Below the pieces are notes generated by a model that ran no database searches, was not told the origin of the DNA, and saw only the letters and a list, made by a program, of their open reading frames with translations. A stretch of DNA of 64,000 bases from a virus (taxonomy: Duplodnaviria; Heunggongvirae; Uroviricota; Caudoviricetes), in the IMG/VR virus record IMGVR_UViG_3300028833_002727. One strand, given 5' to 3'. The first letter of the stretch is position 1. Each line of letters begins with the position of its first letter. Both the position numbers and the translations under genes were made by a program. Positions 41,638 through 50,111 of the stretch are shown here, piece after piece.

Positions 41638-42552
41638 ATGTATATAGATATTTCAACAGAAGAAAAAAAACAAGAATTTATACTACTTTTAAGTAGGTTT
41701 AAACGGAAAGGGGATATATTCAAATATTATCAAGTATCAGACAACACAAAAAATACAAGATATTTAAACAATATATTACAAACATTAGGTATAAACAATG
41801 AGTTTTTTTCCAAAAAAAGAAAAGAAAAGAAATTTTGTTTAAAGTGTGGTAAAGAATTAAAATATGGACAACATAAATTTTGTAGTAACAGTTGTTCGGC
41901 ATCTTACAACAATAAAAATAGAGAATATAGTGACGAAGTAAAACAAAAAATACGTGTTGGTGTTTTATTGTCTATGGGTATAACAGATATTGAAACATAT
42001 AGAAATACCAGCACAGAAAAAAAATGTGGGTACTGTGGTAGAATGTTCACTACAGCAAAAAAACATCAAAAATTTTGTTGTCAAGAATGTTCAAGAAGAA
42101 ACAGAAGATTACAAGAAATAAAAAATAAGGACGAAAGGGATATATATAAAAGTCAAACTAAATTCAATTTTAGTTTAAATGCTTATCCAGATGAGTTTGA
42201 TTTTTCCTTAATCAAAGAAAATGGTTGGTATCAAGCGACAAATCATGGTGATAACTTACGTGGCATTAGCAGAGATCATATGTTTTCAGTAGATGAAGGA
42301 TATAAACAAAATATAGACCCGTATTTAATTTCTCATCCAGCAAATTGTAAATTGATGAAACATGAAGACAACTTTAAAAAGAAAACAGAATGTTCAATAA
42401 CACTTAATGAACTAAAACAAAGAGTTAATGATTGGAATAAAAAATACGGAGTATATGAAAATAAAATAGATTATACAAAATTAGAAAAATTTAAGGAAAT
42501 GCAGGGTTCGAATCCCGCATCCTCCACAACTAATAATAATGTTAAACAATAA
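41638..42552 (+). CDS. HNH homing endonuclease with N-terminal CxxC zinc-finger repeats
   Basis: GISRDHMFSVDEGY...NCKLMKHEDN HNH motif. The start is placed after the conserved leader GAAGTATTTATATATAAAC. The 3' end of the ORF overlaps a degenerate copy of the tRNA-Ala 3' end. Confidence 0.7.
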   Translation: MYIDISTEEKKQEFILLLSRFKRKGDIFKYYQVSDNTKNTRYLNNILQTLGINNEFFSKKRKEKKFCLKCGKELKYGQHKFCSNSCSASYNNKNREYSDEVKQKIRVGVLLSMGITDIETYRNTSTEKKCGYCGRMFTTAKKHQKFCCQECSRRNRRLQEIKNKDERDIYKSQTKFNFSLNAYPDEFDFSLIKENGWYQATNHGDNLRGISRDHMFSVDEGYKQNIDPYLISHPANCKLMKHEDNFKKKTECSITLNELKQRVNDWNKKYGVYENKIDYTKLEKFKEMQGSNPASSTTNNNVKQ

Positions 42553-42682
42553 AAAACGAAACAACTATGAAAAATCACATTCATTGGTAGATTCGTAGAA
42601 GTCGTTCTCCTAATGTGTTTTTGTTAATCTAAGGAGGTAACAAAAATCAAAATTAAATTAACAAAAAATAAACACATTAAAA

Positions 42683-43090
42683 ATGGAGAATAAAACTATG
42701 AAAACTACAGAACAAATCAATCAAATTAAAACATTAAAACGCTTAATTGCGGAAATGGTAGCAGAACACAAGGCTACTAAATTAAACGAAGGACGCTACG
42801 GTAAATTCCGTAACGAAAGAGAACGCCTATTCATTGCATATACGGCTTACTATATGCTTCGTCATGGCATCGAAGACTTTGATGCATACATCGAGTCAGT
42901 AATGAACAAATTAAAACCAGAAAAACAAAATAAGGAGTATCCTTACCAGTTCTTCGGTGTTGAATTAGAGTCATTACCTCGTTGGAATAGATGGGGAAGC
43001 GTTAAGAATGCAGTAACCCATTGCATCGAATGCTTGGACAAAGTTATTGCTAAGGAGCAAGAAAATGCAGTTGAAGATGGAAACGAGTAA
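42683..43090 (+). CDS. Hypothetical protein
   Basis: ORF with a GGAG ribosome-binding site. Confidence 0.4.
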   Translation: MENKTMKTTEQINQIKTLKRLIAEMVAEHKATKLNEGRYGKFRNERERLFIAYTAYYMLRHGIEDFDAYIESVMNKLKPEKQNKEYPYQFFGVELESLPRWNRWGSVKNAVTHCIECLDKVIAKEQENAVEDGNE

Positions 43091-43376
43091 CCGCCTTTAC
43101 ATCCTCGTAAGTGAGGATTTAGCACCAATCTACGGCGCTGTACAGGGCGGGCACGCAATAGCGCAGTGGATGTTGGAACATTCCGACAATCTCTACTGGA
43201 AAAACGAAACTGTTGTGTATTTAAGTTGTAATGTTGAAAAGATGAAGTATCTACTTGAATGGGATGATATATCCATATTCAGAGAACCTGATCTTAATAA
43301 CAAACTTACAGCAATCGCAGTAGTTGGTAATCCAAGAAATGAACGAATGTTCAAGAAATTGAGACTTCTTCAATGA
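43065..43376 (+). CDS. Pth2-like peptidyl-tRNA hydrolase (start uncertain: 43047, 43065 or 43077)
   Basis: YILVSEDLAPIYGAVQGGHAIAQW resembles the PTH2 GKxAAQxxHAA core. The C-terminal KKLRLLQ resembles the PTH2 tail. Confidence 0.5.
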   Translation: MQLKMETSNRLYILVSEDLAPIYGAVQGGHAIAQWMLEHSDNLYWKNETVVYLSCNVEKMKYLLEWDDISIFREPDLNNKLTAIAVVGNPRNERMFKKLRLLQ

Positions 43377-43418
43377 ATGTCATAAAAAATTTGGGCGTTG
43401 AAATATACGCCTGAATAT

Positions 43419-43490
43419 GACCTATTAGTTCAACGATAGAACGGTACCCTCTAAAAGTATGCGTCGCGGGTTTGACTCCTGCATAGGTCA
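43419..43490 (+). tRNA. Putative amber-suppressor tRNA(CUA)
   Basis: Acceptor GACCTAT/ATAGGTC. D-stem GTTC/GAAC. Anticodon arm GTACC-CTCTAAA-AGTAT with U33 and A37 in place and a C31-A39 mismatch. T-arm GCGGG-TTTGACT-CCTGC. Confidence 0.45.
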
Positions 43491-43655
43491 CAAATGTTTA
43501 TATGTAGTAGTTACATGTTTAGAACGATCAACAAAACACAACATATGAAAGCATATGGGATAAAATGGATTCTGCTATTACACCGCAGTTCATAAGTATG
43601 TTTACCGTGGAGAATCGGGAATCGGTAATGTAACTATTAACTTGTAATCATAGTT

Positions 43656-43740
43656 GCCACATTGGGACAGTTGGTCGACTCCGCTTGACTTGTAATCAAG
43701 ATGCTTATGCGCGCCGTCGGTTCGAATCCGGCATGTGGCT
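43656..43740 (+). tRNA. tRNA with anticodon UGU (Thr) but an 85-nt type-II-like body (15-nt variable region)
   Basis: GCCACAT/ATGTGGC. CTTGA-CTTGTAA-TCAAG. GTCGG-TTCGAAT-CCGGC. Confidence 0.5.
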
Positions 43741-44461
43741 CTAAATAAGGTTGACGGTAGATGTCATTAAATCATTCTACAGAACTAAATTTACTGAGTT
43801 CAGTACTCCTCACGGGGAGTTCAAAGTAAAAAGGGGTGCCGAGTCCTCTTGAGCCTTATGACAGTTTACGTTCAATATTCAGAGGGGAGTAGCTTTGAGC
43901 GAAATTAAAACATCTGACCCTTATTTGGTAGTTGGACGTTATCCTATATTGTCCGTCTGATGTTCATGCGCAGAACAGTCATTCGTAAAAATCGTAATCG
44001 AACACCTCTTTAGTTCGAAATGAAGGGTTGTGGTAAATCTAATGCTTAGTGTTACGGATAAGATAGCAACGCAGTATGCTAACAAGACTATGCTGCTCAT
44101 TTTTTGGACGCGGTTGTTTTATGGTTAAAAAACATCCTAGCCTCTTCGGAGGTTGAACCAATAGTATCACCCAACTCGCAGAGTTAGGACGCTAAACCAG
44201 TGGCGCGCCAAAGATATTCGTCAGGCGCTGAGCCTTTCGCCAGAAGGCAGTGGTGATATTTTTAATAGTCGCTCATCCGACTTATTTTCCTGGTTTTGTA
44301 TAAATCAGGTGGTGGCCAAGCCGTGGGTTTTTTACCAAATACCCTGCATCGTTTTTTGGGTTGGAGTTAAGCATTGGCAAGATTGTGATGCTCATTAGTG
44401 AATTCGGTTAAAGTCCGAAAGCTTCATCCCCCTTACAAAACGGTGTGAACTAATAAATTTT

Positions 44462-44532
44462 TGCCTTCTAGTATATCGGTATTACACCTGACTCTGACTC
44501 AGAAGAGCGGGGTTCGATTCCTCGGAGGGCGA
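44462..44532 (+). tRNA. tRNA-Gln(CUG), weak stems
   Basis: TGCCTTC/GAGGGCG with two G-U pairs. Anticodon loop CTCTGAC. T-arm CGGGG-TTCGATT-CCTCG. Confidence 0.45.
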
Positions 44533-44726
44533 CAAAGATAACATCAAGAAACGACGATACCAAAGTGGTTAGGATAGCGATGTAAGACGTGATACTCTAT
44601 ATGGTATTGAGAATGGGAGTAGTAAGCGTTATCCGTGGTGTTATCTAACATTGTCCCATAGTGTAACTGGCTAACACCTGATAAATTATGGGATGTTTTT
44701 ATGAAAAATCATAATTTTCAATATAT

Positions 44727-44812
44727 TGCCTCTTGGTGTAACTGGCTAGCACGTCAGATTTTGATTCTGGAGGGTCCGAAAGGCATTGGGGGTTCGAATC
44801 CCTCAGAGGCAA
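44727..44812 (+). tRNA. tRNA with anticodon UUG (Gln) and a long 18-nt variable region (86 nt)
   Basis: TGCCTCT/AGAGGCA. GTGT-AACTGGCTA-GCAC. TCAGA-TTTTGAT-TCTGG. GGGGG-TTCGAAT-CCCTC. Confidence 0.5.
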
Positions 44813-45120
44813 CAATAGTAGAACGTATAGTTTAATGATAGCGCGCTAAAACATGTAGAACAACGGCGTAGTAAGTCGTAGGTATAGGTTTGATTCCTTT
44901 TGCGCTCTGAATCAGTCACTGATGTTGTCAAGACTCGTTCTTGGCTGGGATATAAAAGCATTACACTGGTAAAATTTTTCTGAAAAAAACACAAAATATC
45001 ATATAAAAGTTGTATATTTAACTTGAAGAGAGACTTACAGCACAATTTAAGATTTCCACAATCTAAACCAAACGTCTCTTGACAAAAAATAAATACAATC
45101 AAAAAAAACAATCACAAGTA

Positions 45121-45651
45121 ATGCCTAAAAAGGGATTAGTAATTAACTTAATTGGCGGGCCTGGTAGTGGTAAGTCAACCACAATGGCTGGAGTTTTCTA
45201 TAAACTCAAAAAAAACGGTGTAAATTGCGAGATTGCTACGGAGTTTACCAAAGAAAAAGTCTGGGAAGAAGATTATAGGATGCTGGACGATCAGTTGTAC
45301 ATCATTGCTAAACAATTCCACAGAATTAGTCGTTTAATCGGAAAAGTAGATGTAGTGATTATGGATACATCATTGCTAAGTTCCGTAATATACGATAAAA
45401 GCGGTAGTCAAAACCTGAAAGGCTTGTGTATTGAGTGTTTCAATCAGTTTGATAACATGGTATTCTTCATCGACAGAAGTGACATCAAGTATCATACAGA
45501 GGGAAGAGTAGAGTCACAAGAAAAAGCAAAGGAAATTGACGAAAGTTACAAAAAACTCATGGAAGAGAATAATATACCATACACAGTTGTAACTAATGAA
45601 AATTGTGTTGATGTTATTTTCCGACAATTGAAAGAAAAAGGATATATTTAA
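45121..45651 (+). CDS. P-loop NTPase/kinase (AAA_28/NadR-RNK-like or nucleotide/polynucleotide kinase-like)
   Basis: Walker A INLIGGPGSGKST and Walker-B-like VVIMDTSLLS. The ATG at 45121 is preferred over the TTG at 45079. Confidence 0.5.
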   Translation: MPKKGLVINLIGGPGSGKSTTMAGVFYKLKKNGVNCEIATEFTKEKVWEEDYRMLDDQLYIIAKQFHRISRLIGKVDVVIMDTSLLSSVIYDKSGSQNLKGLCIECFNQFDNMVFFIDRSDIKYHTEGRVESQEKAKEIDESYKKLMEENNIPYTVVTNENCVDVIFRQLKEKGYI

Positions 45652-45757
45652 GGAGTTCTGCCTTAAATGTTCAAAAATAACCTATAAGAGAGACTTACAG
45701 CAAATTTCTACTTTATTTCTGCGTTAATTAGAAAAAAAAAGAATGTCTCTTGTATTT

Positions 45758-45848
45758 GGAGGGTTGGCAGAGTTGGTCGATTGCGTCGGTCTTGAAAACC
45801 GAAGATCCCGTAAGGGGTCCGGGGGTTCGAATCCCTCACCCTCCGCCA
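45758..45848 (+). tRNA. tRNA-Ser(UGA) with encoded CCA
   Basis: GGAGGGT/ACCCTCC. TCGGT-CTTGAAA-ACCGA. Long variable arm. GGGGG-TTCGAAT-CCCTC. G73 then CCA. Confidence 0.85.
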
Positions 45849-46163
45849 AAATATGTATAAGTCGACTATCGGGTTAGAGATGATATGAAGCGCAGTGAGA
45901 GACTGCAACTAAACGGGTTCGACTCCCGCTTGGGCACAATTGCAATAGGAATCATTCTTATACTTAACTAAGCCTATTCCTGCTCGTAGGTATCCGAGTG
46001 AGCAGAGGGGGTCGAGCTGCTGACAGCCATACGTATAAGTAGCAGGTACTTCTTACCTTAAAGAGGCTTTTCTCTGGGTTCAGGGGCGATTTATTTGTTG
46101 TTCGTGAACAATAAATAGCATGTTGGATGCTTCAGGTGGAGGGATACCACCATCAATTTTTAT

Positions 46164-46238
46164 CTGGGTATAGTTCAGTCCGGCTAGAACACTACATTTG
46201 GGATGTAGGGGTCGCAGGTTCGAATCCTGCTATCCAGA
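46164..46238 (+). tRNA. tRNA-Pro(UGG)
   Basis: CTGGGTA/TATCCAG. CTACA-TTTGGGA-TGTAG. GCAGG-TTCGAAT-CCTGC. Confidence 0.8.
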
Positions 46239-46255
46239 CAATGTAAAAATTGAAT

Positions 46256-46906
46256 ATGGGAAAAAGTAGACCTTATACGTGGAAATGTGATGTTTGTGGT
46301 GAAGTTTTTAAAACTAGAAAATTATTATATTCCCATTGGAATGAAAAACCAGAACACCATATTATTAAAACATCTGCAACTTATAAAGGTGAATATTATT
46401 GTAAATATTGTAATAAATTTTGTGATCAGTTAAATTCGTTACATTTACATGAAAAACATTGTATTTTAAATCCAAATCGCATTGATGGCGCATCAAAAGG
46501 TAGAACAATGACAGATGAGTTTAAGAAAAAACAATCTGAAAGAATGAAAGAACGCCATAAAAATGGGACAGCTGTTTCATTAGCACATCTAAGAAGTAAA
46601 GAAAAACCGTCATATCCAGAGCAGTGGCTAATGGAAGTAATAAAAAATGAAAATATTAATTCAGAGTATATTAGAGAATATAAATTTCACACATTTTCTT
46701 TAGATTTTTATTGGGAGAAAAAGAAAAAAGTTATTGAAATGGATGGTAGATTTCATAAAATTTCTGAATATCAAAAAGATTGTGATAAAAGGAAAGACGA
46801 ACAACTTAAAAAAGATGGAATAGATGAAATGAGAATTGATTGGGAATATTGTTATAAACATCCAAAAGAAGTAATTAAAAAAATAAAAGATTTTATTGGA
46901 GAGTAA
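46256..46906 (+). CDS. Homing-endonuclease-like protein with two C2H2 zinc fingers and a C-terminal DUF559/Vsr-like PD-(D/E)xK domain
   Basis: C2H2 fingers CDVCGEVFKTRKLLYSHWNEKPEHH and CKYCNKFCDQLNSLHLHEKH. LDFYWEKKKKVIEMDGRFH...DEMRIDWEY is Vsr-like. The stop overlaps the tRNA-Ser(GCU) start. Confidence 0.55.
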   Translation: MGKSRPYTWKCDVCGEVFKTRKLLYSHWNEKPEHHIIKTSATYKGEYYCKYCNKFCDQLNSLHLHEKHCILNPNRIDGASKGRTMTDEFKKKQSERMKERHKNGTAVSLAHLRSKEKPSYPEQWLMEVIKNENINSEYIREYKFHTFSLDFYWEKKKKVIEMDGRFHKISEYQKDCDKRKDEQLKKDGIDEMRIDWEYCYKHPKEVIKKIKDFIGE

Positions 46907-46985
46907 TGCTTGATGGTGATAGCGGCAACCTGCTAAGTTGTGCGCACCTGAAAAATGGTGTCTGGTTCGATTCCAGTGCTCTCCG
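46898..46985 (+). tRNA. tRNA-Ser(GCU)
   Basis: GGAGAGT/GCTCTCC. GCAAC-CTGCTAA-GTTGT. Long variable arm CACC...GGTG. TTCGATT T-loop. Confidence 0.8.
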
Positions 46986-48079
46986 CCTTTTCAAAGAGCC
47001 AATTTGAAGAGTGTTTCTTAATGATTATTTATCGTTAAAATAATCATGTGACTCCATTGTTTCAAAATGAATCAATTCGTGGCTGGCTACGGTTACCAGA
47101 ACCCTTTTCACTTGCAGGTTAAAGTATATGTTTGTGGGTAGAACAAAAAACCCTCATTTTGGTATACTTTGTTGGCTCAAAGTATACTTTCTAAAAAACA
47201 GTGGCTTGGCTGCATACCATAAGAACTGCTCCGAGTCCGATTTTATAAATGTCTAAGAAAGGTATCGGTACGAGTGGGGAGAGCCATGAGCACAATGACT
47301 GCTATACGCTGCACAACGTCACCGGACGATAAGCACTGAGCCTAACGGTACACACTAAGGATAATAGTCGAGTACTATCAACTCTCTAATGGTGTGTGAA
47401 GCTCTTATGCGTTGCTCGAAGAATAGACAATTTGCAATGTGGCGCATAAGGTTATAGCCAGATACCAATGAAAGTACCGAAGACATTTTTACTCTAATCT
47501 CAAACCTTGGGGTCTTGTTTTATTTCTGAATCCCCATGCATATAGTAATTATCGGATGTCGACTGAAAGAGATTACGATTATGGTTCGTCCCTGAGATTA
47601 CGTTATAGTTACAATTATTCGTTCACACTTATCGAAGGCTTACCTAGGGTTTTTGGGTAAAAGTGAATTCATAGAGAGCCGAATTGTAATTTTTATACAA
47701 CACCGAATCCATTCATGTGATATTCGATATAACTGAGAACTAATCACGTTTTCCTGAATGGCGTTGCTACTCAATGGTATGGAGGCATACTGAGTACCGT
47801 AGGCGTTACGAAAACATAGCCTGGCTTTCATTTTTAAGGTGTTGTTACTTTTACAGAGGATGCGAAACATCTAAGTCATAGGCGTACGCTGCTGAGATTA
47901 CATCAATGATTGCAGATTCAACTAAACGATTAGTAGCACCTGATGAGTAGGCGTCGTAACTCATCTTAACTGTTTTTTAGTCAATCAATATGTCCACGTC
48001 TTTCGGGACGTTAAATGTTGTTTACCAATGGTAAGGAACAATGGTTTCCAACGCTGAACCAGTTAATCAGCGTTTAGAT

Positions 48080-48151
48080 GGGTTTGTTAGTTTAACGGTA
48101 GAATGAGACGTTGTGGCCGTCAAGACAATGGTTCGACTCCATTACAGACCC
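48080..48151 (+). tRNA. tRNA-His(GUG) with a genomically encoded G-1 (48080) and C73
   Basis: G-GGTTTGT/ACAGACC-C. AGACG-TTGTGGC-CGTCA. AATGG-TTCGACT-CCATT. Confidence 0.65.
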
Positions 48152-48292
48152 CCCACTATAAAAATAATAAATAATAAATGGTGTTAATTATTTTGTGAAC
48201 CTTAAAATTTTAAAGAAAAAAAAACAAAAAAAATGAGTTCGAAACGTTATTTTTTCACTTTTAAAAATATTTATATATAAACATATATTGAT

Positions 48293-49057
48293 ATGAAAGT
48301 AAGTGATTTAAAAAAAGAAGAAGTAATTCACGCGTTACAACAAAGTAAAACAAAATTAGATTTTTTACATATTTTTGGTTATAAAAATAATGGAAGTGGT
48401 TATCGTTTTGTTGAAAATGTTATTAAATATTTTAAAATTAATATATACGATTATTTAGATAAAAAAATCACAGAAGACGAATATAATAAACACCCATCGT
48501 GCTGTAAATATTGCGGTAAAAAATTGAATTATAGTAAACGTAACAACAAATTCTGTTCGAAATCATGTTCTGCTTCGTATAATAATTCAACTAGGGTTCA
48601 TTCTATAACCTCAAGATTAAAAACTTCAAAAGCATTATCAGGGGAGAATGCAACGAAAGAAATTAAAGAATGTAAATTGTGCGGTAGAACATTTATAGGT
48701 GATAAAGATTTTTGTTCTGGTAAATGTAGAAAAACATTCGAAAATAATGATAAACTTGATAGATGGTTGAATGGCGAAAATTTTTTACGTGGAGCAACAC
48801 AAGTGCCTACTTTTGTGCGTAAATATTTAATGAATAAATATAATTGTCAATGTCAAAGATGTGGGTGGGGAGAAGAAAATCCATACACACATACGGTACA
48901 ATTAGAAATACATCATATTGATGGTGATTGCACAAATAATAAAAAAGAAAATTTACAATTATTATGCCCGAATTGTCATTCACTGACTGAAAATTTTGGT
49001 TCATTGAATAAAATGTCACATAGATTTCATAGGAAAAGAGTGACATTACAAAATTAA
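48293..49057 (+). CDS. HNH homing endonuclease
   Basis: CQCQRCGW...LEIHHIDGDCTNNKKENLQLLCPNCH. Conserved leader upstream. A tRNA follows 5 nt downstream. Confidence 0.8.
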   Translation: MKVSDLKKEEVIHALQQSKTKLDFLHIFGYKNNGSGYRFVENVIKYFKINIYDYLDKKITEDEYNKHPSCCKYCGKKLNYSKRNNKFCSKSCSASYNNSTRVHSITSRLKTSKALSGENATKEIKECKLCGRTFIGDKDFCSGKCRKTFENNDKLDRWLNGENFLRGATQVPTFVRKYLMNKYNCQCQRCGWGEENPYTHTVQLEIHHIDGDCTNNKKENLQLLCPNCHSLTENFGSLNKMSHRFHRKRVTLQN

Positions 49058-49061
49058 ATAA

Positions 49062-49136
49062 CGGCTCGTAGCTCAGCCTGGTTAGAGCACCACACTGATA
49101 ATGTGGGGGTCGCAGGTTCAAATCCTGCCGAGCCGA
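49062..49136 (+). tRNA. tRNA-Ile(GAU)
   Basis: CGGCTCG/CGAGCCG. CCACA-CTGATAA-TGTGG. GCAGG-TTCAAAT-CCTGC. Confidence 0.85.
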
Positions 49137-49146
49137 CAAAATATAT

Positions 49147-49220
49147 GACAAGGTGCCTGAGTGGACTAAAGGGGCGCTCTGCAAAAGCGTTGTTCGTCGG
49201 TTCGAATCCGACCCTTGTCT
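49147..49220 (+). tRNA. tRNA-Cys(GCA)
   Basis: GACAAGG/CCTTGTC. GCGCT-CTGCAAA-AGCGT. GTCGG-TTCGAAT-CCGAC. Confidence 0.85.
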
Positions 49221-49394
49221 CAAAAAAAAATGTAACTTTTTGAAAATAACAGATATTTATTATAAAAAGGAAATAAAATGGGTAAATACGGAAAAGATAT
49301 GAAGAAGTTTGTCGGCTATTTTGGTAAATGGCTTAATCTATTTTCGTGTTCACAAGTTAAAAGGTGATACTTTATTTGGATCAGAGATATTCAA

Positions 49395-49433
49395 ACCTTG
49401 ATACTGTGAACAAACGCGTATCAAGGTTTTTTT
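49395..49433 (+). terminator. Rho-independent terminator
   Basis: ACCTTGATA...TATCAAGGT stem followed by TTTTTTT. Confidence 0.55.
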
Positions 49434-49440
49434 ATTGCAA

Positions 49441-49478
49441 AATATTTGGTTATTTGAAATAAAAGTAGTATCTTTGCA
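49441..49478 (+). promoter_or_regulatory. Promoter repeat copy 3
   Basis: TTTG at 49445-49448 and TAtcTTTG at 49469-49476. Confidence 0.55.
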
Positions 49479-49490
49479 TCGTGAAATAAT

Positions 49491-49575
49491 GACCTCGTAG
49501 CTCAGCTGGTTTGCGTATGCTTAGAGCACCTGCCTTTTAAGCAGGGGGTCGTGGGTTCGAATCCCACCGGGGTCA
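49491..49575 (+). tRNA. tRNA-Lys(UUU) variant with a ~10-nt insertion in the D-loop (85 nt). It is a possible pseudogene or variant.
   Basis: GACCTCG/CGGGGTC. D-loop AGCTGGTTTGCGTATGCTTA. CCTGC-CTTTTAA-GCAGG. GTGGG-TTCGAAT-CCCAC. Confidence 0.5.
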
Positions 49576-49738
49576 CAAGAATCAATTCGGTGGATGGTAA
49601 CATGTACATTGGGCGGTTGTACACTATGTGTCGACGGGAGTGCATGACTTGGTTCTTTTTTTGAAAATTAAAATAAAAAACGTATATTTATAAACGAAGA
49701 GAGACTTACAGCAAAACAACATTATCTATCAATCCATG

Positions 49739-49825
49739 TTAAGGAAGGGGTCGCGGGTTCAAGTCCCGTCATCGTCTCAAAAAAAAAATGTATGACGATG
49801 TAGCTCAGTTGGTTAGAGCACTTAA
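49739..49825 (+). other. Permuted tRNA locus 2. The 3' half (49739-49777) lies upstream of the 5' half (49794-49825).
   Basis: The 3' half is TTAAG-(9 nt)-GCGGG-TTCAAGT-CCCGT-CATCGTC-T. A 16-nt spacer follows. The 5' half is GACGATG-TA-GCTC-AGTTGGTTA-GAGC-A-CTTAA. The acceptor and anticodon-stem halves are complementary. It sits inside a unit bounded by AGAGAC...GTCTCT. Confidence 0.45.
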
Positions 49826-49962
49826 AAATAGAAACCGTCTCTTGTATTTTTTGAAAAACAAAACAAACAAACAGAAACAATGATGAAGACTAAGAAACAT
49901 ATGAAGAAAACGTAATATCGGTGACAAATTGTGTCACTGGTTACTATTCAACGTGCCCGTGG

Positions 49963-50026
49963 CGCAATTGGCTAGCGCAACAGACTTTTAATCTGTGGGT
50001 TGCGAGTTCGAGTCTCGTCGGGCACA
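49963..50026 (+). tRNA. tRNA-Lys(UUU)
   Basis: GTGCCCG/CGGGCAC. GCGC-AATTGGCTA-GCGC. ACAGA-CTTTTAA-TCTGT. GCGAG-TTCGAGT-CTCGT. Confidence 0.8.
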
Positions 50027-50111
50027 CACATAAATGTTTTTTAGAAAAAAATAATTAAATTGCAGTACTTTTTCAAACCCAGAAGTATTTATTATATATA
50101 AAAAGATAAAT

